DNA from: an uncultured Bacteroidota bacterium
Lineage (GTDB): Bacteria; Bacteroidota; Rhodothermia; Rhodothermales; UBA10348
Assembly: GCA_937876355.1 (NCBI GenBank)
Contig: CALFHN010000145.1
Location: 55,195 to 119,194 of the forward strand
Length of the DNA stretch: 64,000 nt
Direction of reading: 5' to 3'
The notes below the pieces were generated by a model. That model ran no database searches and was not told the DNA's origin. It was given only the letters and a program-made list of their open reading frames with translations. Position 1 is the first letter of the stretch; every line of letters starts with the position of its first letter. The translations under genes and the position numbers were made by a program. Positions 9,377-19,714 of this stretch are shown here, piece by piece.

Positions 9377-10801
9377 ATGACTTACTTTCAATCAATTATC
9401 GGCCGAAGCGTGCTTTTGCTATTTATGGCCTTCGCTTTTTCAGCTGTTTCAGGTTGCCAATCTGAAACGCTGAAAGGTGAGGAAAACGCAATCTTGACCC
9501 ACGCGCCGGTAGTTCCGACGCCTATCGCTCGTAATTACCCAACAAAGGTGATTGTTGAGTTAGAAACTAAAGAAGTCGTTCGGCGCCTCGCAGACGGTGT
9601 AGATTACACATTTTGGACGTTTGGTGGCGAAGTCCCGGGTAAGTTTATTCGAGTTCGCGAAGGCGATCAGGTGGAATTTCATCTGAACAACCACCCAGAC
9701 TCAAAAATGCCGCACAATATTGACTTGCATGCCGTTTCAGGCCCAGGTGGTGGCGCTGCCTCTTCATTTACTGCGCCAGGGAAAGGTACTGTGTTTTCAT
9801 TCACGGCTTTGAATCCCGGTCTTTATGTTTATCACTGCGCGACTGCACCGGTAGGAATGCACATTGCCAACGGCATGTACGGGCTCATCTTGGTTGAACC
9901 GAAAGAAGGTTTACCCCCAGTCGACCAAGAATACTATGTCATGCAGAGTGAGTTTTACACTCAAGGCGCATACGGCGCTGCCGGATTGCAACCATTTGAT
10001 ATGTCAAAGGCCCTGCTTGAAACGCCTGACTACGTCGTCTTTAACGGATCTGTCGGGAGTACAACAGGCGACAAAGCGCTAACTGCTAACGTGGGAGACC
10101 GCATTCGCCTTTATGTTGGTAACGGTGGTCCAAATTTGGTGTCTTCCTTCCACGTAATCGGTGAAATATTTGACCTTGCGTACCAAGAAGGCGGATCAAT
10201 TGCTAACAAGAATGTGCAAACTACTCTAGTTCCTGCTGGCGGATCGGCTATGGTTGAATTCACCGTAGACGTTCCAGGTACTTTCATTATCGTTGACCAC
10301 TCTATTTTCAGAGCCTTCAACAAGGGCGCCTTGGCTATGATCACCGTCACCGGCGATGCCAAGCCTGAAATCTATTCTGGGCTTCAATCTGAAAGTGTTT
10401 ACTTACCCGAAGGTGGTGGTATTCAGGACATCGACGGGGATGCTCCTGCAGCCTTAGTTGCGCAGAACAAAGCAGAACGAATGGTAGAGGGAAGTCGCAT
10501 TTTTGCTGCCAATTGCGCCGCTTGTCACCAGGCCGATGGGAAAGGAATTGCTGGAGTTTTTCCTCCACTTGCCGAATCTGACTTTCTCATGGCAGATCCT
10601 AATCGAGCTGCAAACGTTGTGATCAACGGTAGATCTGGCCCGATTGAAGTGAATGGAGTGACCTACAATGGCGTTATGCCCGGCGTGAATCTTTCCGACG
10701 AACAAATTGCCAACGTATTAACCTATGTCATGAATTCCTTTGGCAACGAAGGGACTGAAATGACTCCCGCTCAAGTTGCAAAAGTTCGGTCACAACATTA
10801 G
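9377..10801 (+). CDS. nirK: copper-containing nitrite reductase with C-terminal cytochrome c domain
   Basis: Same copper motifs ([33 protein letters not shown]), lipobox VSGC, C-terminal CAACH heme motif and GVMP axial Met. Confidence 0.95.
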   Translation: MTYFQSIIGRSVLLLFMAFAFSAVSGCQSETLKGEENAILTHAPVVPTPIARNYPTKVIVELETKEVVRRLADGVDYTFWTFGGEVPGKFIRVREGDQVEFHLNNHPDSKMPHNIDLHAVSGPGGGAASSFTAPGKGTVFSFTALNPGLYVYHCATAPVGMHIANGMYGLILVEPKEGLPPVDQEYYVMQSEFYTQGAYGAAGLQPFDMSKALLETPDYVVFNGSVGSTTGDKALTANVGDRIRLYVGNGGPNLVSSFHVIGEIFDLAYQEGGSIANKNVQTTLVPAGGSAMVEFTVDVPGTFIIVDHSIFRAFNKGALAMITVTGDAKPEIYSGLQSESVYLPEGGGIQDIDGDAPAALVAQNKAERMVEGSRIFAANCAACHQADGKGIAGVFPPLAESDFLMADPNRAANVVINGRSGPIEVNGVTYNGVMPGVNLSDEQIANVLTYVMNSFGNEGTEMTPAQVAKVRSQH

Positions 10802-10821
10802 TTGAATAACCGGACTACTAG

Positions 10822-11622
10822 TTGAAATATTGCAACACGATATTGTGGATGGGGCTGCTGATGGTTTTACCATCAGCAGCCCTTTATGCTAGACAAACCG
10901 CGAGGACTGTCGTCCCCGACGGAATGGTCTTGATTGCAGCTGGCAAATATCAAGCGCTGTATGATAATGGAGGAGACGTAGACGGAGTGGCCGTTTCAGC
11001 GTTTTTCGTCGACGAAAACCCTGTCACAAACGGAGAATTTTTGACATTCGTAATGGCGCATCCTAAATGGCAGAGGTCCTATGTTTCTCCCTTATTTGCT
11101 GAGTCCTCATACCTCATAAACTGGGCAGGGGATACCGATTTGGGTACAGTTGGTGTAGATCAACCCGTAACCGGAGTCTCTTGGTTCGCCGCAAAAGCCT
11201 TTGCAAAATCAAAAGGAAACCGGCTGCCCACTGTGGCTGAGTGGGAATACGTAGCTGGTGCCGGCCAAAACTCGCCTCGGGGCAAAGACGAAGAGGACTT
11301 TGAACGAAACCTCCTAATTCTCACAAATCAACCCCAACCAAACCCATTGCCAAAAGTCGGTCAATCTGAAGGGAATTATTGGGGAGTTCGTGATCTTCAC
11401 GGACTCGTTTGGGAATGGGTGTTAGATTTCAATTCAGCACTAATCACTGGAGAATCAAGAGCTGACGCCAATTTGGAGCGCAAATTGTTTTGCGGAAGTG
11501 GCGTTGTAGGAGCTTCCGATTTCACTGATTATACTGCCTTTATGCGCTTTGCCTTTCGGGGTAGCATCAGCGCCTCATATTCCGGCTCTAACCTAGGTTT
11601 TCGAACTGTAAGGTCTTTATAA
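10822..11622 (+). CDS. formylglycine-generating-enzyme (SUMF1/NirV-like) domain protein
   Basis: PVTNGEF, PVTGVSW, RLPTVAEWEY, DLHGLVWEW and NLGFR motifs; directly follows nirK. Confidence 0.88.
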   Translation: MKYCNTILWMGLLMVLPSAALYARQTARTVVPDGMVLIAAGKYQALYDNGGDVDGVAVSAFFVDENPVTNGEFLTFVMAHPKWQRSYVSPLFAESSYLINWAGDTDLGTVGVDQPVTGVSWFAAKAFAKSKGNRLPTVAEWEYVAGAGQNSPRGKDEEDFERNLLILTNQPQPNPLPKVGQSEGNYWGVRDLHGLVWEWVLDFNSALITGESRADANLERKLFCGSGVVGASDFTDYTAFMRFAFRGSISASYSGSNLGFRTVRSL

Positions 11623-11623
11623 A

Positions 11624-12241
11624 ATGCGTTTTTTAATTGTAACTCTGATTAGTCTTTTCTCCATTTCATGTTCTGAAAAAGAATCTCATGATGCCTCCCA
11701 GCATGATTCCATGCCGATGGTTTTGGAATCGGACGCTCCAGGCGCAGGTGATTATTCGATTTATCAAGTAGAGTCCAATTGGCACAATCAAAATGCTACC
11801 GCTCTGAATTTGTCGGCCTTGGTAGGACGTATCCAGGTGGTTGCCATGACTTATACGTCCTGCGAAATGTCTTGCCCGAGGATAGTCGCTGCGATGAAAG
11901 AAATTGAGAAAAAAGCGAACGGACAAATCGGATTTGTACTCGTGTCCATCGATCCCGAAAGGGATGATGTATCCACTCTGGCGGCATATGCAACGAAAAT
12001 GAACCTTGCAAAAAGCAACTGGAATCTGTTAACGGGCAGCAGCGACGACGTACTCGAAATAGCGGCCCTGTTAGGAGTTAGGTATCAAAAAATGCCCGAC
12101 GGAGAATTTGCTCATTCCAACATTATTACTGTCCTGAATGAGGAAGGAGTTATAGTGCATCAACAGAATGGAATAGCCGTCGATCTAACCCAACAAACCA
12201 GCGACATTGTCCAAAAACTGTTAGAGACCACCGCTCGCTAA
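11624..12241 (+). CDS. SCO family copper chaperone (lipoprotein)
   Basis: YTSCEMSCP (CxxxC), SIDPERD and AHS conserved His; lipobox ISC. Confidence 0.92.
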   Translation: MRFLIVTLISLFSISCSEKESHDASQHDSMPMVLESDAPGAGDYSIYQVESNWHNQNATALNLSALVGRIQVVAMTYTSCEMSCPRIVAAMKEIEKKANGQIGFVLVSIDPERDDVSTLAAYATKMNLAKSNWNLLTGSSDDVLEIAALLGVRYQKMPDGEFAHSNIITVLNEEGVIVHQQNGIAVDLTQQTSDIVQKLLETTAR

Positions 12242-12379
12242 GGCCAATCCCCACCACACTTCTTGACCGCTTTCCAACTTTGAAGGGCGACGTTTGTGCT
12301 TTTGCTAAACCCCTTCACAAGTTCTTCGCATGTGTGAGAACTTTTTTGTACCATTCGGTCAGGCGGACCATGTTCCGCG

Positions 12380-12739
12380 ATGCTCATCCATCGGAGAATC
12401 GAATTGAAAAAGGTCATTGCCGCACTCGGCACCATTGTTTTCCTGCTTATCCTGCTGATAAAGCCTTTTGATTTTGCTGAGGTTTACTCTGTCCACGCAG
12501 GCAAAATGGTTAAATCTATTTCGACAAATACGACCTCCGAAGACGTATCGGCAGCCAACATGGCTGAGCGTGAAGCCACGACCGATCGGCAAGTCATGAT
12601 CGGGATTTCAAATGCTGCTCAGGAAGTCTCCGCGTTTAAAACAGCTGCTTGGATGGTTTCTCTTCTATTGATTGCCGCCATAACTGTGGCAGCTGCCGCC
12701 CGACGTAAACGTATTAATCACCCTATTGACGATTTGTAA
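12380..12739 (+). CDS. hypothetical membrane protein (2 TM)
   Basis: 119-aa ORF with N- and C-terminal hydrophobic helices followed by RRKR; start uncertain. Confidence 0.55.
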   Translation: MLIHRRIELKKVIAALGTIVFLLILLIKPFDFAEVYSVHAGKMVKSISTNTTSEDVSAANMAEREATTDRQVMIGISNAAQEVSAFKTAAWMVSLLLIAAITVAAAARRKRINHPIDDL

Positions 12740-12782
12740 TCGAACCTGGGTCTGATTTTTCCAAAGTAGTGGGTGGCGCTAA

Positions 12783-13235
12783 TTAATCGGTCAGCATGTT
12801 AAGCTGCCATAAGTCTTGGCCGGACCATTTATGAATGGGTTCGATGGCAAGCAAACCCGTTTTACCTATCGCTTTTTCTAAGTAGCGAAGTTCAACAAAC
12901 TTGGCATCTAAGGACTCGTCCGGCTTGGGCTCAAATCCAGCTTCTCTCATCATTAATACCCCTTTTGCCCGAACAGATAGCTCGATGCGAATTCGAATCA
13001 GGCAAAACATGTCGGCTACGATAGTACCGTCAAAATGGTCTTTTAGGGTCGTGAGATAATTTCCGATTTTCGACTGAGAGAATTCTCCTCCCATCAACAA
13101 CCCAAGCAATTCCTGATCCGTATCAAATCCAGTTCCGAGCCACGCCCTTGTATGTTTTTCACTTTGGGCAAAAACAACAGATACCAGGACTGGAGACGAG
13201 AGGACCAGAAACCCAGTCGATAAAAGTGGCGAACG
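12783..13235 (-). pseudogene. C-terminal remnant of a PrsW-family membrane protease
   Basis: SPLLST...VFAQSEKHTRAWLGTGFDTDQELL...VADMFC...ELSVRAKGVLMMREAG...ELRYLEKAIGKTG resembles the C-terminus of long PrsW proteins. No start codon of its own and no catalytic EE region. Confidence 0.6.
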
Positions 13236-13713
13236 CCTTTTCGGATTGGACCACATCCAAGCGCCCGCTTAACCGAATGGAATTAGGTGCGTCTTGTACT
13301 ATTTCAAGCATTGTTTTGAGATTTTTTACCAGCCTAATGCTGGTTTTTCTGTCTTTATACTGATAACTCACCTCATCCATAAACCGTTTTACGAGGTGAA
13401 TTCCGAGCCCTCCGGGCTTTCGGTCATGCAACGAGGCGTCTATATCTACTTCGGCCCGATCAGCGTAATTAAATGGCTTGGAGTCAAAGTCGACTAATTG
13501 GATGATTACAGATTCTGCATCTGTTTCAACCCCAATCAAGATGTCGCCCCTACCGTCTCCATTGTATTTCACCATGTTGGTATACAATTCTTCAACGGCC
13601 ATATTCACAAAAAACGTAGTTTTAGCATCAAGACCAAGTTGAAGAACCGCACGTTCTAAAAACGAGACAATGGCCTCCAACTCGTTAATATGTCTGCCAA
13701 AATGTTGCTCCAT
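13159..13713 (-). CDS. RsbW-type anti-sigma/serine kinase (HATPase_c) running in frame into a truncated STAS domain
   Basis: EELYTNMVKY (N box), DFDSKPF and PGGLGIHLVKRFMD (G box), then MLEI...IRLSGRLDVVQSEK (STAS start), which breaks off. Confidence 0.8.
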   Translation of the reverse strand: MEQHFGRHINELEAIVSFLERAVLQLGLDAKTTFFVNMAVEELYTNMVKYNGDGRGDILIGVETDAESVIIQLVDFDSKPFNYADRAEVDIDASLHDRKPGGLGIHLVKRFMDEVSYQYKDRKTSIRLVKNLKTMLEIVQDAPNSIRLSGRLDVVQSEKAFATFIDWVSGPLVSSPGICCFCPK

Positions 13714-13788
13714 CTACTTAAAATAGTAAATGACAACCTGCAGTTTGTGAAAGAATTAGCCGATGCTCCAAAATCTAAACTAGAGCAC

Positions 13789-13825
13789 AAAAAAAGGCGG
13801 CTTCCCATTCGGGAAGCCGCCTTTT
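13789..13825 (-). terminator. intrinsic terminator of the sigma factor gene
   Basis: Perfect stem AAAAGGCGGCTTCCC-attc-GGGAAGCCGCCTTTT with a T7 run on the minus strand. Confidence 0.85.
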
Positions 13826-13840
13826 AAATCCGAAGACCAC

Positions 13841-14680
13841 TTAGCCGATGTGCATTTGCAACTCTTCTCTGCGATGTTTCTGTCGCAGTTTGCGAAGGGC
13901 CTTTTCCTTGATCTGACGCACTCGCTCCCTGGTTAAACCGAACCGTTGTCCAATTTCTTCGAGCGTTAATGGGTGTTCTCGACCAATTCCAAAATAGAGT
14001 CGTGTAATTTCAGCTTCCCTAGGATGCAACAGATTTAAGGCCCGCTCAATATCAATCTTGAGCGACTCATCCATCAGGGAATCGTCTGGTTTGGTGTCTT
14101 CATCATCAGGAAGGACATCCAACAAACTGTTATCGTCATCCTCGTTGAACGGAGCATCCATAGACAAATGGCGACCCGTGTGCTGCATAGCCTCACGAAC
14201 CTTTTCCACATCCACTTCCAATTCAATGGCCAACTCTTCAATATTGGGCTGGCGCTCGTGGGTCTGAGCGAGACGAGCACTTGTTTTGCGAATTTTGGAA
14301 ATCGTTCCAATTCGGTTCAACGGTAATCGAACTACCCGACTTTGTTCAGCCAAAGCCTGCAGGATAGCTTGGCGAATCCACCAAACGGCATACGAAATAA
14401 ATTTAAAACCACGCGTTTCGTCAAACCGCTGGGCCGCTTTGATGAGGCCGTAGTTTCCTTCATTTATCAAGTCGGCGAGAGTTAGCCCCTGACCTTGATA
14501 CTTCTTTGCAACAGAAACGACAAAACGTAAGTTTGCACGCGTAAGGCGATGCAAAGCGTTTTGGTCGCCGGACTTAATAGCCTGTGCGAGTGTGACCTCT
14601 TCCTGCGGAGTCAACAATTGGATTTGACCAATTTCCTGCAGGTACTGGTCCAGCATGCGTTGCTGGCGTGGGACGTACAT
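13841..14680 (-). CDS. RNA polymerase sigma-70 factor, RpoD/SigA family (short Bacteroidota type)
   Basis: [37 protein letters not shown] and TLEEIG...TRERVRQI; 279 aa without region 1.1. Confidence 0.93.
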   Translation of the reverse strand: MYVPRQQRMLDQYLQEIGQIQLLTPQEEVTLAQAIKSGDQNALHRLTRANLRFVVSVAKKYQGQGLTLADLINEGNYGLIKAAQRFDETRGFKFISYAVWWIRQAILQALAEQSRVVRLPLNRIGTISKIRKTSARLAQTHERQPNIEELAIELEVDVEKVREAMQHTGRHLSMDAPFNEDDDNSLLDVLPDDEDTKPDDSLMDESLKIDIERALNLLHPREAEITRLYFGIGREHPLTLEEIGQRFGLTRERVRQIKEKALRKLRQKHRREELQMHIG

Positions 14681-14857
14681 ACTCCCCTTCCTCTATCTGA
14701 ATTCGTGGTAGCTTTTCGGTAAGCGTTAGCTTTTACTAGATCTATCACTTGTAAACGGGATACGAGTGACAATGCCCGGGTTAACGGCCCTCATGCACGA
14801 GGAAAGGTCGGTGGTTGTTCCCCTAGCATGTGGTTCTAAACACTTTATATCCTCTTG

Positions 14858-16402
14858 TTACGTATTGTTTCCCGAAATTTTCAGAAGGGCATCAGCAATT
14901 TCTCTTTCTTCGCTCATTCTTGGGACTTTAGTCTGAGCACTAACCATTTTTTTCGTTGATTTGAGCCAACTATGGAACGTTCCTGCCTGGAGAGGTGAAA
15001 TAGTGGGACTTCGAAATGCCCCCGCCTCCCGGCGAATGACATAATGTCGATTAACCGCTTGAAGATGATCGTCAATTACTCCAGAGAAAACATCAAGATC
15101 GGTTGGTTCAGATTCAAATTCGATTAACCATTCGTGGCCGGGGAGGGAGGCAGCGGAAACCGGAAGAGAAGTGATATGAAAATTAGAAAACTGTGCTCCA
15201 GTAGCTTCACACGCTTTACCCAAGGCAGTTCGGGCCTCGTCTCCGTAAACGGCCTCACCATATTTATCCAGCATTTCATTCGTTCTGCCTGCCACAACCA
15301 TTCGGTGTGGTTTGATCGAAGTAAATCTGACTACATCTCCTACTTCATATCCCCAAAGACCGCTACAAGTGGATACGAAAATTCGATATTTAACCCCGGT
15401 TTCTACTCCATCAATCGACACCCGGGAACCCGATCCGTCGATGGGTTCAAATTCGAAGTACACGCCCGAATTTAGGTGTACCAACATATCGGTAGAGCGA
15501 GGATCGTCCTGGAAGGATACATATCCCTCCGATGCGCCATAACTCTCCATAAAGTCGAGAGGTCCTCCAACTTGGTGCTCAAGCAAAGCTCGATATGACG
15601 ATAAGGCTACGCCCCCCGAAAAGAACACCTGAAGATTAGGCCATATTTCTCGAACGGTAGAAGCACTATTACCCGTTGCAACATTGTGCGCCGCAATCAA
15701 CTTTTTGAAAAGCACGATGGCCCATGACGGGACCATAGCAATAGCCCGAACATCCGTATTTAGAGTATGCTGGACCATGGCATCCAATTTCTTATCCCAA
15801 TTCGGTAAAAAAAGGATCTCCTGCGGAACGGCCTGATAAAATTTCTTGATCGCCCAGGGAGCAAATAAAAACTGTAATCCGCTGACCTCACCTATCATGG
15901 TTCCAGGATGAAGAGGATCCTCTTCTATTCGGCCCGGGATGGATAATAACTTCCCCATGAAAAAAGAAGGGTCGGTGGTTGCTTCGAAATAAGAGAGAGC
16001 CACTGACAGGGTAAAACGCCTATTAATGTTGAGCATCTCGACAGACAGCGGAATGATTTTGCCAGTCGAGGCTGTTCCGGATGAAATGGCAAAGTGCTGA
16101 AAGGTACCCGGCCATGTAATATCACTTTCGCCGTTTCTAATTCGTCCAATATCAGTACGAAAGGCTTCATACGAGTTGATGGGCATCCGCTCTCGATACA
16201 CCTTCATGGGATCGTTGGTCTCAGCCACCTCGGCAAAGTGGTAACGTTTTCCCCATTCAGTATGGGCAGCACGGGCAAGTAACCCCCGAAGAACCGCCAC
16301 TTGAGTACCCACAGGATTTGCCTTGAAATCCCGTATTACCGTTAGAGGGCCTAAGGCCGGAGGCCATCTGGTTTCGCTATTTCGGGGAAAACGGATCGGC
16401 AT
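14858..16402 (-). CDS. GH3 auxin-responsive-promoter family acyl-adenylate ligase
   Basis: FAISSGT...KIIP, ESYGASEG, GLWGYEVGDVV and QTKVPRMS motifs. Confidence 0.88.
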   Translation of the reverse strand: MPIRFPRNSETRWPPALGPLTVIRDFKANPVGTQVAVLRGLLARAAHTEWGKRYHFAEVAETNDPMKVYRERMPINSYEAFRTDIGRIRNGESDITWPGTFQHFAISSGTASTGKIIPLSVEMLNINRRFTLSVALSYFEATTDPSFFMGKLLSIPGRIEEDPLHPGTMIGEVSGLQFLFAPWAIKKFYQAVPQEILFLPNWDKKLDAMVQHTLNTDVRAIAMVPSWAIVLFKKLIAAHNVATGNSASTVREIWPNLQVFFSGGVALSSYRALLEHQVGGPLDFMESYGASEGYVSFQDDPRSTDMLVHLNSGVYFEFEPIDGSGSRVSIDGVETGVKYRIFVSTCSGLWGYEVGDVVRFTSIKPHRMVVAGRTNEMLDKYGEAVYGDEARTALGKACEATGAQFSNFHITSLPVSAASLPGHEWLIEFESEPTDLDVFSGVIDDHLQAVNRHYVIRREAGAFRSPTISPLQAGTFHSWLKSTKKMVSAQTKVPRMSEEREIADALLKISGNNT

Positions 16403-16537
16403 AAATATAAAGAGGCCGCAGTGCTCAAAAGTTGCACTGGATTGATGTCTTTGAATTGTATGGATTTAATGCCTGTTTTCGCACATGGATCCAGAATTTG
16501 ATCGCTATCTTTTGCCTATCATTGTATTCGTGCAATT

Positions 16538-17515
16538 GTGATGCAAAAAAAGCATGACCCGTACATTCTTAGAAACCGAGACCACGTTTTGGATTGTCGC
16601 ACTCCTGTATTAGGAGGGGCGCACATAATGGGCGTGCTCAATGTTACGCCTGACTCTTTCTCAGACGGAGGGAAGTATTTGGATGTGGCGCGCGCTACCG
16701 CGCGCGCCAATGAAATGAGTCAAGAAGGAGCGCGGCTCATTGATATCGGCGGTGCGTCTTCCAGGCCAAAAGGAACGATCTATGGGACAGGAGCTGAATT
16801 GGTATCGCTTGAAGAAGAATTGCGACGAGTCGTACCGGTTGTTGTTGAAGTCGTAAAGTCTCAACCACATGTCTGGATATCTGTGGACACTTTTCGAAGC
16901 GAAGTAGCCCATGCCGCTCTCGAGGCGGGCGCTCACATGATTAATGATATCACATCACTTCGTTTCGACCCAAAATTGGCTGGAGTCTGTGCAACGTTTA
17001 ACGCACCATTGATCTTAATGCATTCAGTGGGTCTTCCAGGGGACATGCCCCATGTGATCAACTCAACTGGGATTACCAACGACATGGCTCCAGGAGCCGA
17101 CAAGCCTTCAACCTCACATGACGCATCGGAGCTCGATATCGTTGAGGTAGTTTTCCGAGATCTAAAACATGCTGCAGAAACAGCCCAAAGAAGTGGGTGT
17201 ACCCAACTCATTTTGGACCCTGGATTTGGTTTTGGCAAAAATGTCAATGACAATTTGAGGCTGATATCCGACTTGAATCACTTTCAATCGTTGGGCTGGC
17301 CGCTAATGATCGGAGTATCCAGAAAGAGCACGATCGGCGAGATCCTTTCCGAAAATGGGGACATTCCTCCTCCTAACCAACGCCTTCTTGGAGGACTAGG
17401 GGTAACAGCCGTGGGTATCGCTTCTGGTGCTTCCTTGGTGCGAACTCATGATGTTTACGAAACAAAGCAGTTCCTTGGCGCTCTCGACGCAACTAGACGT
17501 ACCTCAAAGTTGTAG
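16538..17515 (+). CDS. folP: dihydropteroate synthase
   Basis: MGVLNVTPDSFSDGG, DIGGASSRP, DPGFGFGK, GVSRKS and RTHDV motifs. Confidence 0.96.
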   Translation: MMQKKHDPYILRNRDHVLDCRTPVLGGAHIMGVLNVTPDSFSDGGKYLDVARATARANEMSQEGARLIDIGGASSRPKGTIYGTGAELVSLEEELRRVVPVVVEVVKSQPHVWISVDTFRSEVAHAALEAGAHMINDITSLRFDPKLAGVCATFNAPLILMHSVGLPGDMPHVINSTGITNDMAPGADKPSTSHDASELDIVEVVFRDLKHAAETAQRSGCTQLILDPGFGFGKNVNDNLRLISDLNHFQSLGWPLMIGVSRKSTIGEILSENGDIPPPNQRLLGGLGVTAVGIASGASLVRTHDVYETKQFLGALDATRRTSKL

Positions 17516-17565
17516 ATGACGTATTATAGAATGAGAATCAACCAAATCAATCAGCCTGAACGGCC

Positions 17566-18369
17566 TTGACACTATTTAATTGGGTCATACCGATACGTGT
17601 TGTCGACCTCGTAGAGATCGGGTTGGTGGCGTACGTCCTATACAAACTTTACCAGTTGATGCGGGGTACGATTGCCGTTCAGCTTTTTGCGGGAATCATT
17701 GCCCTGTATATCGTCCAGTTATTGGTAACTGCCGCCGATATGACGATTCTAAAGGCGCTCTTTGGCTCCATTTCAAAAGTGTTTGTCCTCGCCGTCATTA
17801 TTCTGTTTCAACCTGAAATACGACGGCTTTTACTTCTACTCGGTCTGAATCCACTAGTAAGACGTTTCATGCGTTCCCCGGCGCAACAAGTGAGAATCGA
17901 AGAAATTGTTTTGGCGATCGAAGACCTTAGCACGCGAAAAATCGGAGCTTTGATCGCGTTTGAGCGCTCCACGGGTCTTCGTAGTTACATCGAAACAGGT
18001 GCACAGCTCAATGCCCAAATTAGTAGGGACCTTTTGGTAACTATTTTTTATGCCCAAAACCCACTTCACGATGGCGCTGTGATCATTAGGGACACCCAGA
18101 TTGAAGCAGCTCGCTGCATTTTACCGGTTTCAACCAGCATGAGACTTAGTAGCAAACTAGGGCTGCGTCATCGCGCTGCGGTTGGCCTTACCGAGTTAAC
18201 GGACGCATTTGTGATCGTAGTATCAGAAGAAACTGGTCAAATAAGTATAGCTAGCAACGGGGTTTTGAAATCAGATATAAGTCTTAGTCTTCTAGACGAG
18301 TATATTTTGGAGGCGCTAGCACCTAGCTTGGCAGCCGATGCCGACACCATTCCGCCTGCCAAAGCTTAG
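17566..18369 (+). CDS. cdaA: diadenylate cyclase CdaA
   Basis: Three N-terminal TMs, FQPEIR, PLHDGA, GLRHRAA and VSEETG motifs. Confidence 0.94.
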   Translation: MTLFNWVIPIRVVDLVEIGLVAYVLYKLYQLMRGTIAVQLFAGIIALYIVQLLVTAADMTILKALFGSISKVFVLAVIILFQPEIRRLLLLLGLNPLVRRFMRSPAQQVRIEEIVLAIEDLSTRKIGALIAFERSTGLRSYIETGAQLNAQISRDLLVTIFYAQNPLHDGAVIIRDTQIEAARCILPVSTSMRLSSKLGLRHRAAVGLTELTDAFVIVVSEETGQISIASNGVLKSDISLSLLDEYILEALAPSLAADADTIPPAKA

Positions 18370-18386
18370 CCTAAGCCATATTCCCC

Positions 18387-19049
18387 ATGAACGAAGATTG
18401 GAAATTTGAACGCAGACGAAACCGACTCGTTATTGAGCTGCGTGAAAAGGGAATTGTGGATGAAAGAGTGTTGGCCGCCATTAACCGAGTTCCTCGTCAC
18501 ATGTTTGTAGATCAGGCTTTTCACGCCCGGTCGTACAACGACGAGGCCCTGCCCATTGGTCTTAAACAGACCATTTCGCAACCGTTCACGGTTGCCACGC
18601 AGAGTCAAGCTCTGGCGCCCAAACGTGATGAACGGATTCTAGAAATCGGAACAGGAAGCGGTTATCAGGCGGCAGTCCTGTATGAAATGGGGGCAAAGGT
18701 GTTTTCCATTGAACGAATGAGAGCCCTGTACGAACGCACTAACCCACTTCTCAAAAGTCTGGGTTACAGAATTGTGACCATGTTCGGAGACGGCATGCAA
18801 GGCTGGAGTTCGATGGCCCCTTTTGATGGTATCATCGTTACGGCTGGTGCCCAAGAAGTCCCGGAAGTACTCCTTCAGCAATTGAAATTGCCCGAAGGGA
18901 TGAAGAGTGGCGGGCGAATGATTATTCCGGTGGGCCCCAGAGAAGAACAGATCATGACCCATGTAGTTCGGACCGGCGAAAGCACCTTTGAATCGGTCGA
19001 ATTGGATTCATTCCGCTTTGTGCCATTGTTAGGCAGTACGGTTGGATAG
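18387..19049 (+). CDS. pcm: protein-L-isoaspartate O-methyltransferase
   Basis: VPRHMF, QTISQP, LEIGTGSGYQAA, APFDGIIVTA and RFVPL motifs. Confidence 0.96.
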   Translation: MNEDWKFERRRNRLVIELREKGIVDERVLAAINRVPRHMFVDQAFHARSYNDEALPIGLKQTISQPFTVATQSQALAPKRDERILEIGTGSGYQAAVLYEMGAKVFSIERMRALYERTNPLLKSLGYRIVTMFGDGMQGWSSMAPFDGIIVTAGAQEVPEVLLQQLKLPEGMKSGGRMIIPVGPREEQIMTHVVRTGESTFESVELDSFRFVPLLGSTVG

Positions 19050-19071
19050 AATGGCTAGGGCGTGCGGCGCT

Positions 19072-19365
19072 CTACCGAGAATGAGGCTTCCATGACCCAT
19101 TTTTGTGATCTACCTGGTCAACAACGCCTACAATCGTGGCATCTGCAGGAATCATCTTGGGCTTGAATGGAATGGTAGCTTCTGTCGAACTTACATAGAT
19201 TACGGTATCCCCGACGCCTGAATCAACGGTATCGAGTGCTACAATTTTCCCTCCAACGTCCGCTCCTGAAAATGTCATTGGCTGAACGAAAAGCATCCGT
19301 TGGCCAATGAGTGACTCCGTTTTTGGGGTCGCCCAAATATTTCCGATTACCCGACCAATATTCAC
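19072..19365 (-). CDS. EutN/CcmL family microcompartment vertex protein (BMC-P)
   Basis: GRVIGNIWATPK...VALDTVDSGVGDTV...PADATIVGVVD; start overlaps the upstream paralogue's stop (GTGA). Confidence 0.9.
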   Translation of the reverse strand: MNIGRVIGNIWATPKTESLIGQRMLFVQPMTFSGADVGGKIVALDTVDSGVGDTVIYVSSTEATIPFKPKMIPADATIVGVVDQVDHKNGSWKPHSR

Positions 19366-19640
19366 GATTGGTTTCCTTCTATGTCCATTTTATCAACAAT
19401 CGCCACGATTACAGCGTCAATCGGTTTGTTTTTTGTCACTTCTGTTTGCCGGGCGCTTGATCCCTGGACGAACAAAACCGTTTCCCCTACTCCCGCACCG
19501 ACACTATCTACGGCAACAATCACTTTGTCTTTTTGTGTACCGTCAGGATCTAGTTCACACACCATTTGGAGTTTTAGACCGCGCAATTGTTCGTCTTTAC
19601 GTGTTGCCCAGACCGTACCAATTACTTTTCCCAGTATCAT
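19362..19640 (-). CDS. EutN/CcmL family microcompartment vertex protein (BMC-P)
   Basis: MILGKVIGTVWATRK...VAVDSVGAGVGETV...GSSAR...PIDAVIVAIVD. Confidence 0.93.
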   Translation of the reverse strand: MILGKVIGTVWATRKDEQLRGLKLQMVCELDPDGTQKDKVIVAVDSVGAGVGETVLFVQGSSARQTEVTKNKPIDAVIVAIVDKMDIEGNQS

Positions 19641-19714
19641 GCTATTTCTCGAAATGGGAGGTTAAAGGAATTGCGATAAATCATTTTCATGAGCTTGACT
19701 AGATCCGTTAAAAG

